From Macrostomum lignano (lineage: Eukaryota), in the NCBI GenBank assembly GCA_002269645.1, contig NIVC01000193.1, positions 53,109-117,108 of the forward strand: DNA of 64,000 bases, read 5' to 3'. The first letter of the stretch is position 1. Each line of letters opens with the position of its first letter. This document shows, piece after piece, positions 1-20,948 of this stretch. The position numbers were made by a program, and so were the translations under genes. The notes beneath the pieces were generated by a model that saw only the letters and a program-made list of their open reading frames with translations, ran no database searches and had not been told where the DNA came from.

Positions 1-190
1 AGCAAATGGATAAAGAATAAAAGTAGCATTTTTTCAGAGTTTTTTCGAACGCTTTTTTAAATCAATTTTTTGAGGCAGGTTTTCTCTCATTCGATCTTAA
101 TCTCGCTACAGTCAAGTCAAGTCAAAATTATCCATCTTTTGGTCCGAACATTTCTTTGAAAATCTTGGATACCATTATTGAGTGATGGCT

Positions 191-811
191 TTCCCACGCA
201 AGCGCTTGCAATGGTGGGTTCAGCACGCCTGTGTAGTATGAGACGAGCCAAGGTCTGTGATTCCATCCTACACACCTGCACCCCCTCTATTCTGGTGCAG
301 GAACTCTCCAAGCTGACTCACAAGCCGACCCAGGGGGTTCACGTCCCGCATGTGTTCAAGGCAGCTCTAGGGCTGCTGGACTGACTGGGCTCCAGCGGTG
401 GCAACCCATCCGTGGCCTCGGCTTCTGTCTTGGCCGATTTGGGTACGGGTTCCGTCCGGAAGTGAACCTGTGCGTATCAGGTACCTCTGGCCACGGCTCT
501 GAGGAACAGGTATCACCCTCTGACCGTAACAGGGTATGCGGCCAGTCCGGAGGCTCCGGAGACAGCCTCTTGTCCCCCCTCAAGGGCCAAGTGTACCACT
601 GCGCTGATGGTGCTTTGGTTCGGCCTCTGGTTTTTCCAAGCCGGGCTCTTAGCCGGGGAGTTTCACGGATGCTAGCGGTCGGGCCAGTAGGGGCTTAAGC
701 CACCCCCCGGTCGCCACCTCTTGGCCTGGCTGTTGGGTTTGGGGCTACGGCCCAGCAGCTTCTCACCTCTAGTCTAGCTGAGTCAATTTCAAGTCAAGTT
801 CCCACGCAAGC
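191..811. mobile_element. Unclassified ~600-bp insertion (204-798) flanked by a 13-bp direct repeat; probable non-LTR/SINE-like copy
   Basis: TTCCCACGCAAGC occurs at 191-203 and 799-811. The interior is GC-rich and ends in a short (TCAAG)n-like tail at 785-798; a similar (TCAAG)n tail lies at 111-124. Confidence 0.5.
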
Positions 812-1822
812 TCAGATAGTTATCATAAATTCGGTAATTATTTCTCATCCCTTTCCACCACTGAGATCCTTGATGCTCCTCTGAAAGCCTGATTTGAATT
901 TTGGTTGGCGCCGATTTCCAAATGATTGTTGGCGCCAATAGCCTAAAAACAATCCCTAATTTTTGGCACAACTGTTTGCCCACAGGGCGGGAAAGAATCT
1001 GAAAAAGCTACCCCTAGGGTTGACATTTGTGTAGGTCCAAACTGTGTCATTCAAATTATGTCAAGAGTTTGCGTCCTATCGACTTTGGCTGTTCTCAAGT
1101 ATGTAGTTTGCGCAATTAAAAAAAGATAAATTTAACGTTTAAAATGCTTGAAACAATTAGTAATTGACCCACTTCAACTAATATAGACGCTCGACATTGG
1201 GAGGGAGTTTTAGTTTCTTGAACAACTTCACTCTTCTAGTGACTTTCACCCTCAGTCCTCCCCTGTGCCTTAAGGGCTGAACCGTCAGATTTATATATAA
1301 GTGCCTGTCATTGTACAGTGTGAGTATAAACAGCTCATTATAAGTTATAATTATAAGTTATACTTATAATATACTATTATAAGTATATTCGAATGACCAT
1401 ATAATAAAATAGAATTGTTTTAAAGGCAATGTTTAAAGATTTATGAAAACTGAGATTTCCCTGCAACTGCAGCATCTAAGTGGGTGCGATAGACTATTTT
1501 AGTCATAGCAACTTTTTGGATTATTCCGACTCAGTTAATCCGTTGAAGCGACAGGCCTCAGATAAACGTGATTAAGCATAATGCGCCCTTTTGAATGCTT
1601 AATTATAATAATATTGAATCAATTTATTTGACAAAGCATGCAGAAGTGTTGAAATTATCTCAGATGTGCGTGAAGACACATTGACAGATGTAACAACTGG
1701 CACACCTGTTGCAGTGGCGTGGATTTGCATATTGATTTGGTTTTATCCAATATTATCTGATAATTAATTTTCATCAGAGTTGTGCGGATTAATGATTTTA
1801 GCCAATGCATGGTGTGTGCCTA

Positions 1823-2260
1823 GGCGTCATAGGATAGACAGGGCGTCATAGGATAGGCAGAGGCGTCATAGGATAGACAGTGGCGTCATAGGATAGACAG
1901 AAGCGCCATAGGATAGACAGAAGCGCCATAGGATAGACAGAAGCGCCATAGGATAGACAGAAGCACCATAGGATAGACAGAAGCGCCATAGGATAGACAG
2001 AAGCGCCATAGGATAGACAGAAGCGCCATAGGATAGACAGAAGCGCCATAGGATAGACAGAAGCGCCATAGGATAGACAGGGGCGTCATAGAATAGACAG
2101 AGGCGTCATAGAATAGACAGAAGCGCCATAGAATAGACAGAGGCGTCATAGGATAGACAGGGGCACCATAGGATAGACAGGGGCGCCATAGGATAGACAG
2201 GGGCGCCATAGGATAGACAGGGGCACCATAGGATAGACAGGGGCGCCATAGGATGACAGA
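1823..2260. repeat. 20-bp minisatellite (GCGCCATAGGATAGACAGAA)
   Basis: About 22 tandem copies with variants at a few positions. Confidence 0.95.
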
Positions 2261-2729
2261 GGCCGCCAAGAGAAGCAATACGAGGAGAATTTGAACTCAA
2301 TTACCAAACTCTGAAGCCAACAACAAATGGATTCTCATTGGCTGCTCAATCCGCTGCTCAAATTGAATCTCATTGGCTGTCAACTCGCGGGTGGCGGCAA
2401 AATTTTGAGCAATCCGACTGAGCCGCTCCGCCTGACCCCAACCTCCCCGCTTCTGGGATAAAAGTCTACCCCACAGGGATGAAGAACTGCCGGTATACCA
2501 GGTAACACTTAGCACAGCTTCTCAAATTCCACCCTTGAGTAAATAATTGGCTTAATATCTGCTGCATCAATTGTAAATTTCGTGAGGCTGTTCAGCCGCT
2601 CTGCGACACTGAAGTTAAAACTCTTTGAAAAGAAAGGTGAGCGCATTTACTATTAGTGTAAAGTATTCGTAACTGATTATTTGTCTCCTTTATCTCTAGC
2701 TAAGCTTTGAAATCTTTGGGTCACAAACG

Positions 2730-3086
2730 CCCTCCCAGATCCTCAGTCGCTGGGCCAGCCTCCCAGATCCTCAGTTGCTGGGCCAGCCTCCCAGATCCTC
2801 AGTTGCTGGGCCAGCCTCCCAGATCCTCACTTGCTGTGCCAGCCTCCCGGATCCTCAGTTGCTGGGCCAGCCTCCCAGATCCTCAGTTTCTGTGCCAGCC
2901 TCCCGGATCCTCAGTTGCTGTGCCAGCCTCCCAGATCCTCAGTTGTTAGGCCAGCCTTCCAGATCCTCAGTTGTTAGGCCACTGCTTCCCAGATCCTCAG
3001 TTGCTGGGCCAGCCTTCCAGATCCTCAGTTGCTGGGCCAGCCTTCCAGATCCTCAGGTGCTGGGCCAGCCTTCCAGATCCTCAGTT
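2730..3086. repeat. 28-bp minisatellite (CAGCCTCCCAGATCCTCAGTTGCTGGGC)
   Basis: Tandem copies directly visible. Confidence 0.9.
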
Positions 3087-3891
3087 CCTCTTTAGGTTCT
3101 CAGATATAAGTTTCTTAAGTCCTTATACCTGTATAATTTGCGGTTAAACTATTTTTCTCAAAATATATACAATGTCCCGAATCCCGACGACTTCTGAAGG
3201 TCACACAGTCTCAGAGTCGCGAGCCAAATCGCTGAACACAGACAAATATAAGACAAGACAAATAAGAATGGACTTGTTATAATGAGCATCATCACGCGCT
3301 TTACAACAAGTTACTAGATAAATCTAGTTTTATGACAACGGCTGGGGCTGGACCAGTTTATTAGTGTAGGAATATTTATTACAGTCAAGTCATGCAGTTC
3401 CAGTTTTTTGAGAAGTTATGCTCCGATGGAGGGAATAGATATTGTTCAAGTTGGAGGGGAGGCAGTGGCCACGGGACTGCAGCGCAGCCTTAGGATATAC
3501 CTGTTGTTGTCTCGTGAGGTCTGGGGATCCTGTCTGTGGTTCCGCAATCCTCTCTTGTTGCATTGGTATGTAATATGTATATACTGTGTATATATATGTG
3601 TAATCGCGGGTTTTGCTAAACGGTCTCTCAGCTGCTCTACCAACCGGACATATTAATAATATAAAAAACACTATAAATACGAGTATGATGCATATGCTGC
3701 ATTGAACTCAGCACACTAAACCATATGTTTAAACTATGCATATATATAGCAAGCATTGTATATAGAGGGCCCAATTATTTAGAAGCTGAAGCAGTGATGC
3801 GGAACGAGCAAAAGGGGAGGATGCCAAACTCGGTGATTGTCCGGTTTTGTGAGACCTGCGTTGTCTGGAGTCTGGGGCGATGTCTGGAGCG

Positions 3892-5078
<1,187 letters not shown>

Positions 5079-6900
5079 TTGTCAACTCAAGGGTGCTCCG
5101 CATAGAACCCCCAAATTACTTTGCTAGCAATTTTAATCCTGTCATCCAATTTCAATCGATCCCTAAGCCCCGGGAGCACTGAAGCTTTTATAATCTGTTT
5201 GCCAAGAGACCAGGCATTTACCATTAAACATCGCTATGGCAATATTCCCCATAAGCTTCTATTTATGCATTGCTTAGTTCCCCCTAGCGGCATAATTTTA
5301 AGTCTTTCATTTTATAGAATCGAGGATAATTCTCAAAGCGTTACCTGGGATTCAGTGGAATTTAAACCTGTCCCCTACTGCCCTAATGGTCACAGACAGA
5401 CCGCGCCATGACCCATTTATTATATTTTAGCCGGCAGTTAAACATTAAAAGCTTGACCTGTGCTCAAATTATAGCACAGACCCCAAGGGGAGGGAGCATA
5501 GCCAGATAGGGAGAATTGACGGCAAGATTCGTGCTCCTATTTCGATTCTCAAATATTTCCCCGAATGGAGGTCCCCTGGACCAACAAGGCAGCTCCACGA
5601 CCGTCTGTCGCAAAATTTTTTTTCAAATCGAGCAAAGTGTAGCCAACTTTGATTGATTGCTGGTTAAAGATTCTTGAAATCAAATTTTTGGTTATTCTTT
5701 ACTTTGATCTATCAGGGTCGGAGTATTTTAACTGTTGGTTTTTAATATTCTGAGTCTGAAAATGCAGAAATGAGTTTTGTGATTTGTTTGTCCACATTTT
5801 TCAGCTATCTTCGTTCTATGCATGTACATGATTTGAGCAGACACCTGAAGTGCTCAACCCAGTTTGAGTTCTTACTTTAGCTGGCGGACAAGTTTGTTAT
5901 CAGCGTGACATCTGTCGCTAAAATTTTTATTTTTATTTTTATCAGTTAGTGAGCCACATATTAAATCAGGCAAGTCAAAAACGGTACTGTCTGATACTCG
6001 TAACCAAAAGAAGTCCAGAAGTTACAGTAAGCCCCTCCCCCCCCCGGCAAAACTTCTTACTATTCGATTGAAGACCTTCTTGCGCAACTTTGCTTAGGGA
6101 AATTCTGTTACAAGAAAACTTCAGTTGCAGGCAAGGCACTCGCTATAAAGACTATTCGAAGTAATTTTTCTCAACATACTTCAAGAGCCTCGAGGAGACC
6201 AGGGAGAGATAGATATAGAGAGCATTCATTCATGTTTTATGAGCAGCAGTTGAAGATTCTGGCGCACATATAAGGGCCGGTAATGAAGTTAAAAGCTGTT
6301 AACTTCAGAGCTCCAGCCTCCGCGTAGGAATCTTCTTTCACTTCATCGCGGAGACGAGCAGAAAGAGAGACAGATGTGTGATCGCACAAGTGCCCGCCTC
6401 TCCAGTTTTTAATGATCAACTCAGCCAGTTTCCTCACACGTTAATTCTAGAAGAAGTCTGCCAGTTTCACTTCGGCAATAAAGAAATAATTACCTGCATA
6501 TGTGCTCTGCCTTTATCTTCTTTTTCGTCTTCTTGCTGGCCTTGGCCGGATATTTTTTATCACTTTACAGCACGCACGGATTTCTTATAATGTCAGACTC
6601 TCCCTCCTCTGCTTTTTGCTCTTCTGCTTTTGGCCCAAAGCTCAAAAGAGAGAGAGAGTGGGTCTGAGAGGGCATCCTTCTTTGTGCTGATGTCTATGGC
6701 CAAACTATCAACTTGGCTGCCTTTTTCGGTCCCTGTCTATATGTCTATGGCCAAAACCGAATCTACTGGCGCCAAAATGGCAATTCTCGACTTGGCTGAC
6801 AAAAGCAATGTACCCTGGTATGCTCTAAAAAATGGAGTTTTGCCATAGACGAAATCGGTCAAGTAAAGTTAAACGTCCTTCTAATAATTCAGAGCTGGGT

Positions 6901-6953
6901 TTCCAATCCATATTTACAATTTTAAGTGTCCATGAGCCGTGTGTTTATAAAAG
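6901..6953 (+). promoter_or_regulatory. Possible CCAAT + TATA core promoter for the NeuroD gene
   Basis: CCAAT at 6903 and TATAAAAG at 6946-6953, upstream of the repeat-filled intron ending at 7788. No TSS data. Confidence 0.25.
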
Positions 6954-7316
6954 CTGTTGCTTATCTGCTATAGGATCTCGAGTCAGATGAGGACAGCGCC
7001 CCCCCATTAATAGGGCTATTTATATGCCGGCAAAGCATAAAAATGAGACAAAGGGACAATTGATAAAACACTTCGGGTGCAGTCAAGTCCAGGGTCCTTC
7101 ACTCCTAATTGAACTTTTGCACTTTTTTTAAGTTGAGCATAAAAATAATAAAGTATGATGAAGAGAGCAATCATACAGTTGAATGCGTATTTGACATCAT
7201 AAATTCATATAAAAACTTGGCTTCCTTGTAAAACACCCTCATGACCTCCCTTAACTCAGTCCAATGCTCGACTCTCACGATCCCCTATTCTTGTCTTACC
7301 TTTGACCTAATTCTAC

Positions 7317-7745
7317 AGATCTCGCAGGTCCCAGATCCCCAACTCCCAGATCCCCAACTCCCAGATCCCCAACTCCCAGATCCCCAACTCCCAGATCCCC
7401 AACTCCCAGATCCCCACCTCCCAGATCCCCAAGTCCCAAATCCTCAACTCCCAGATCCCCAACTCCCAGATCCCCAACTCCCAGATCCCCAACTCCCACG
7501 ATCCCCAACTCCCAGATCCCCAACTCCCAGATCCCAACTCCCAGATCCCCAACTCTCAGATCCCCAACTCCCAGATCCTCAACTTCCATGATCCCCAATT
7601 CCCAGATCCCCAATTCCCAGATCCCCACCTCTCAGATTCCCAACTCCCAGATCCCCAAGTCCCATATCCCTAACTCCCAGATCCCACCTCTCAGATTCCC
7701 AGCTCCCACATCCCCAATTCCCAGATCCCAAATTCCCAGATCTCC
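7317..7745. repeat. 15-bp minisatellite (CCCAGATCCCCAACT) in the intron before the NeuroD coding exon
   Basis: Tandem copies ending ~40 bp before the acceptor TCCCGCAG at 7788. Confidence 0.95.
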
Positions 7746-7797
7746 AACATCCCAAATTGCATTTCTTCATCACCCCCTGATCCCGCAGGCAAGCCGC

Positions 7798-8473
7798 ATG
7801 ACAACAGCCACCGCCAGCTCGATGAAGTGTGAGCAGTCCGCAGAAGCTGGAAGCTCCGGCACAGCAGCCGACCCGTCAGCGGCCCAGACCGCCTCTGGCA
7901 AGGTGCCAAAGAAGCGCGGCCCCAAGAAGAAGCAGATGACGCCAGAGCGAGTGGCCAAGCTGAAGCTCCGGCGGGTTCGAGCGAACGCACGCGAACGCAG
8001 TCGAATGCACGGCCTAAACGAGGCGCTCGACAACCTGCGCCAGTACATCCCCTGCTTCTCGCAGTCTCAAAAGCTGAGCAAGATCGAGACTCTGAGACTG
8101 TCCAGGAACTACATCGCGGCACTCAGCGACATTCTGAGGCGGGGCGAGCAGCCGGACCCGCTGGCCTTTGCCAGAGCTCTGACGGACGGCTTGTCGCAGG
8201 GAACCGCCAATCTGGTTGCGGGTCGCTGCAGGTCAACCCGCGGCTGCTGCTGGCCGCGCAGGATCGGGAGGGATCGGCGGAACCGCCACACCCGCCGTCA
8301 CTGCCGCTGCCGACGCCCCCGCCGCCGCCTCCGCCACCTCAGCAGCAGCAGCGCCAGGCCAGTCACGTGACTTCTGCAGCATTCGGACATTCATCTGCAG
8401 TGTTCGGACATCAGCATGAGGGGCGGAACATTGGTTATGACTTCTACAGTGATGGATTTGCCGGCGGTTACTT

Positions 8474-8508
<35 letters not shown>

Positions 8509-8699
8509 TGTCGCTGCACTACCCATCGCATCACCCTCTGAGTGGAGGATATTGCTACGATGAGGGCAACATCAGCAGCGGCAGCAGCAGCAATAGCAGT
8601 CTTCTAGGAGGAACAGACCATCTGGGAGCTAGTCTTCAACTAACTGCTGTAATTGATGAGTGCGATGAGCTGCTGAAATCAGCTAATGAGTTTGAGTAG
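7798..8699 (+). CDS. neurod: NeuroD-family bHLH transcription factor (~300 aa), with a 1-nt frameshift at 8220-8222
   Basis: [56 protein letters not shown] is the NeuroD basic/HLH domain. The NeuroD-specific [19 protein letters not shown] is recovered by shifting to frame 3 at 8223, which runs to TAG 8697-8699. Acceptor at 7788. Confidence 0.9.
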
Positions 8700-9377
8700 A
8701 ATTCTCTCTCAAGTCTCTTTGTCTGACTGAAGTATTAAAATTTGTTATTTATTTTCTGAGAAATGCTGTCCCGTTGCGCCACAGCAGCAATGCTATCTGT
8801 TTGCAATTAGGCAAATCTTAATTCAAGTTGCGACCCTGTTCTATCGGCAAACAACAAAACTTGATGAATTGTCGCAACTTTGAGCAAAATATTTCGTTGT
8901 GGCTACTGAATTTGATTGTTGTCAGTAGTGCAGTTGGATTGATGTCAGTTAATATTATTTCCATTTGTGTCCCTATCTCGCTTGAAATCATTGTATATTT
9001 ATTTTGATACAATCCTGTTAGCGCATATTTTTCATTGCTATAATGCTATTCTGCAGTAAAAATTATTTGTATGTACATTTCAATGAGCTGCTTGAACTTC
9101 ACACTTTGAAAACTCCGATTAAAAACTGTACATAATGGATAATAAAATCACAAAGCGACTAATACAATTTTTTGTGTATGAAAACAATATACATGTGATT
9201 CTTTTAACTCAGAGCGTCAGTGCCGAAATGAAAGCTCACAATATAATTACACAATGTATAATAATTGCAGAAATTTTTAACTACCAAATTACATTTGCTG
9301 GTAAAACTGCGGAAATCTAACATCAGTGAAATATAAGCTCTGGAGCAAGCCTCCTTTAATAGCGGACTTCAGCAGGA

Positions 9378-11404
<2,027 letters not shown>

Positions 11405-11488
11405 GATTCTAAAACATTCTTATCAGAGTCGCCAGGAATGCAATCGGTATCCAGGCCACTTTGTCGCCAAGTCCGCTTGCAGCTCCCA

Positions 11489-17663
<6,175 letters not shown>

Positions 17664-18104
17664 GCCGCTAGCGTCGATCTGCAGAAAAGGGTGGCGAAAC
17701 AACAATCAACACAGAGACACTGGCGCTGCAGAGTTCAAGAGAAGAATTTTTTTATGGCGAAGTCAATTTTAGCTCGGATGGCTGTTGCAGTTTTAATGGC
17801 CTTTGCTGTCGAGGCTTCTACTTGCGTCCTAAAGCCCTAGCGTTCGGGCTTTGGCAGTGTTTACTTTGTGCTACATATGGTTATCATTTCATTGCCTTTA
17901 ACTGCTTTAATTGGCCAGGTTGAAAGTGGGGGTCGATGAAAAGACGGCTGGAATAAGCGGTGTTTTGAAAGATGAGCAACAATGAAAAAAGTTATGAAAC
18001 TGCAGTGCCTTTTAACATTGATGAGTCACCGCGCTAATATAGCTTGAATTGTTTGATAGGCACTGCATTAGCCTAGCCTATGTCAGTTGTTGCAGATAAC
18101 GGCG

Positions 18105-19010
18105 CCGAATCTAATAGCGCCAGATCTAATAGCGCCATATCTAATAGCGCCAAATCTAATAGCACCAAATCTAGTAGCGCCAAATCTAGCAACCTCAGAT
18201 CTATTGGCGCCAAATCTAATAGCACCAAATCTAATAGCGCCAAATCTAATAGCGCCAAATCTAATAGCACCAAATCTAGTAGCGCCAAATCTAGCAACCT
18301 CAGATCTATTGGCGCCAAATCTAATAGCACCAAATCTAATAGCGCCAAATCTAATAGCGCCAGATCTATTGGCGCCAAATCTAATAGCGCCAGATCTATT
18401 GGCGCCAAATCTAATAGCACCAAATCTAGTAGCGCCAAATCTAACAACCCCAGATCTATTGGCGCCAAATCTAATAGCGCCAGATCTAATAGCGCCATAT
18501 CTAATAGCGCCAGATCTAATAGCGCCATATCTAATAGCGCCAAATCTAACAACCCCAGATCTATTGGCGCCAAATCTAATAGCGCCAGATCTAATAGCGC
18601 CATATCTAATAGCGCCATATCTAATAGCGCCAGATCTAATAGCGCCATATCTAATTGCGCCAAATCTAATAGCACCAAATCTAGTCGCGCCAAATCTAGC
18701 AACCCCAGATCTATTGGCGCCAAATCTAATAGCGCCATATCTAATAGGGCCAAATCTAATAGCACCAAATCTAGTAGCGCCAAATCTAACAACCCCAGAT
18801 CTATTGGTGCCAAATCTAATAGCGCCAGATCTAATAGCATCATTCTAATAGCGCCAGATCTAATAGCACCATATCTAATAGCGCCAAATCTAATAGCGCC
18901 AAATCTAATAGCACCAAATCTAATAGCGCTTTGCTAATAGCGCCAAATCTAATAGCGCCAAATCTAATAGCGCCAAATCTAATAGCGCCAAATCTAATAG
19001 CGCCATCTCC
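18105..19010. repeat. 15-bp minisatellite (ATCTAATAGCGCCAA) with higher-order variants
   Basis: Tandem copies; accounts for the spurious LDLAL/SNSAK ORFs. Confidence 0.95.
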
Positions 19011-20948
19011 AACAGCGCCAAAACTGGATCTAAAATAGCCGGAACGATTCTGTAGCATACTGAATGATTTTTTAAGCATAAATAGTTTTAAAATTTTGTG
19101 TGGGCAGTTCCATTTTTACAATATTAATTTTTAACTTAGATAACGACTTTAAACTCATGTATGCTGCTTTTAATGCTTATCAATGTTTGAAATATGAACA
19201 AATGGGAGATTTCTAGGATGTATTGAACGGATTAACTGCGTTTCAATGACCAGAGTATGGTTTCAATGACCAGAATATGGTTTCAATTACCAGAGTATGG
19301 TTTCAATGACCAGAATATGGCTTCAATCACCAGAATATGGCTTCAGTGACTAGAGTCTTATCTATGACCAGATTCTTGTCTATGACCAAATTTATTTTAA
19401 AACGATTAGATCATCTATCTATATGATCAGAATACCTTAATGTCCAGAATACTTCAATGATCAGACTGATTCGATGACCAGACATTTTCAGTGACTATTA
19501 ATGCAATATAATATGTATTTGAATCATTCATCTTATCTAAGGATTCAACTATATTTGCATTATGTACTTTAAATAAAGTACATTCACGATGATTCATATA
19601 CAGATTGACACACTTTATAAATAAGTCAATGAGTAATAGTTCATACCTGATTCCCGACCATCTCGCAGAATGCAGACGAAGGTTTATAAATGTTTAGTTT
19701 TGAAAATACTAACAAATATGAAAATTAGATTAACGTGCAGTACAACGTGAAGTTTCCAATTTCAAACACAAGATCTCTGTACGTCTGCAGTGCGTTGTGT
19801 TTGTGTAGGTAGCTACAGTGTCTCCCGAATAACAGTTTCCAAGTGTACACACACGGTGTGATGCCATATGTGCACGGATAGCTAAGCTATAGAAAAACGT
19901 TCTAAAAAGAGGGGTTAGGAAGGGAGCTTGAAGTCGAAGCTATAGGTTTGCTTACCCCCTAAGGCTAAACCCGATATATTCCCTGTGCGAGCTAATCGTG
20001 TATATAGCAATAGCCAATAGCTTTGCAGCCATCTTGCCAACGTCAAGCCACGAGCATTTTAGGCTTGCCCGCAACCATTGGTGGGCATGGCTAAAGAAAG
20101 AAAGAAAGGCGTATAAAAAATACCGATTGGACATCGGTTCTTTCCGGTTGTGGCCCTGTGGTTGAATAAGTTTAAACTTATTTTGAGATGTCGTAGTCGC
20201 TTTTTATATTACTTGTGAGTAGCGATGTAATAATTTTGTGGTGCGGATCTTATAGTAATTTTGTAATGATAAGAAAGAAGGATTGTCAAAATGGTAACAT
20301 ATTATAGGATAAATAAATACCTTTATCTTAAGCTTTGTGGCCTCTGGACGCTTTCAGGGATCTCTAGACGGGTTTCAGGGTCCCTAGACGGGTTTCAAAG
20401 TCTCTATATGTGTTTCGGGCTTTCCTAGATATGTTTCAGAGTCTCTAGATATGTTTCAGAGTCTCTAGATGTGGTTCAGGCTCTCTAGATATGCTTCGGG
20501 CTCTCTAAATGCGTTTCAGGCTCTCTAGATCCTGAAAGGCGTCTAAAGAGCCTGAAACACATCCAGAGCCCGAAACACATCTACTCCTATTAAATCTACG
20601 TAGATCTTTCGGTAGCACAACCTGTTTTTAAAACTAAGAGTATTAAATATCATTTTATATTTTAACGAAACAGATTACAGATAAACAAACAGTATATATT
20701 TTAACAATAACCACTTCAACGGCGTGTCTTTGAAAGGTTAATTAATTAATTTTAGACTGTAGAGTAATATAAAAATTTTACCAAGCTTCAGCATTTGATA
20801 AGAGAAATGTGAAAAAACCTACTGATACTACTGAATACTACATGTATGCACTAAAGTAGCCTTTAACAAGCCGACCTACGTAACTTGAAGTTTAAAAACT
20901 CAATAAAAAACGAGGAAACCAGGTCTCTGAGTCTCATCATCCAGTCAT

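Noticed and set aside
3390-3671. Possible decayed LINE 3' end (HCLPSNLNNIYSLHR)
   Set aside because: Only a vague resemblance to L2/CR1 C-termini, with no RT motifs or tail.
8474-8506. (CAG)n run in NeuroD
   Set aside because: An ordinary in-frame poly-Gln tract.
18073-19079. LRR-like LDLALL or SNSAK ORFs
   Set aside because: Open in most frames on both strands because of a 15-bp minisatellite; no splice or domain context.
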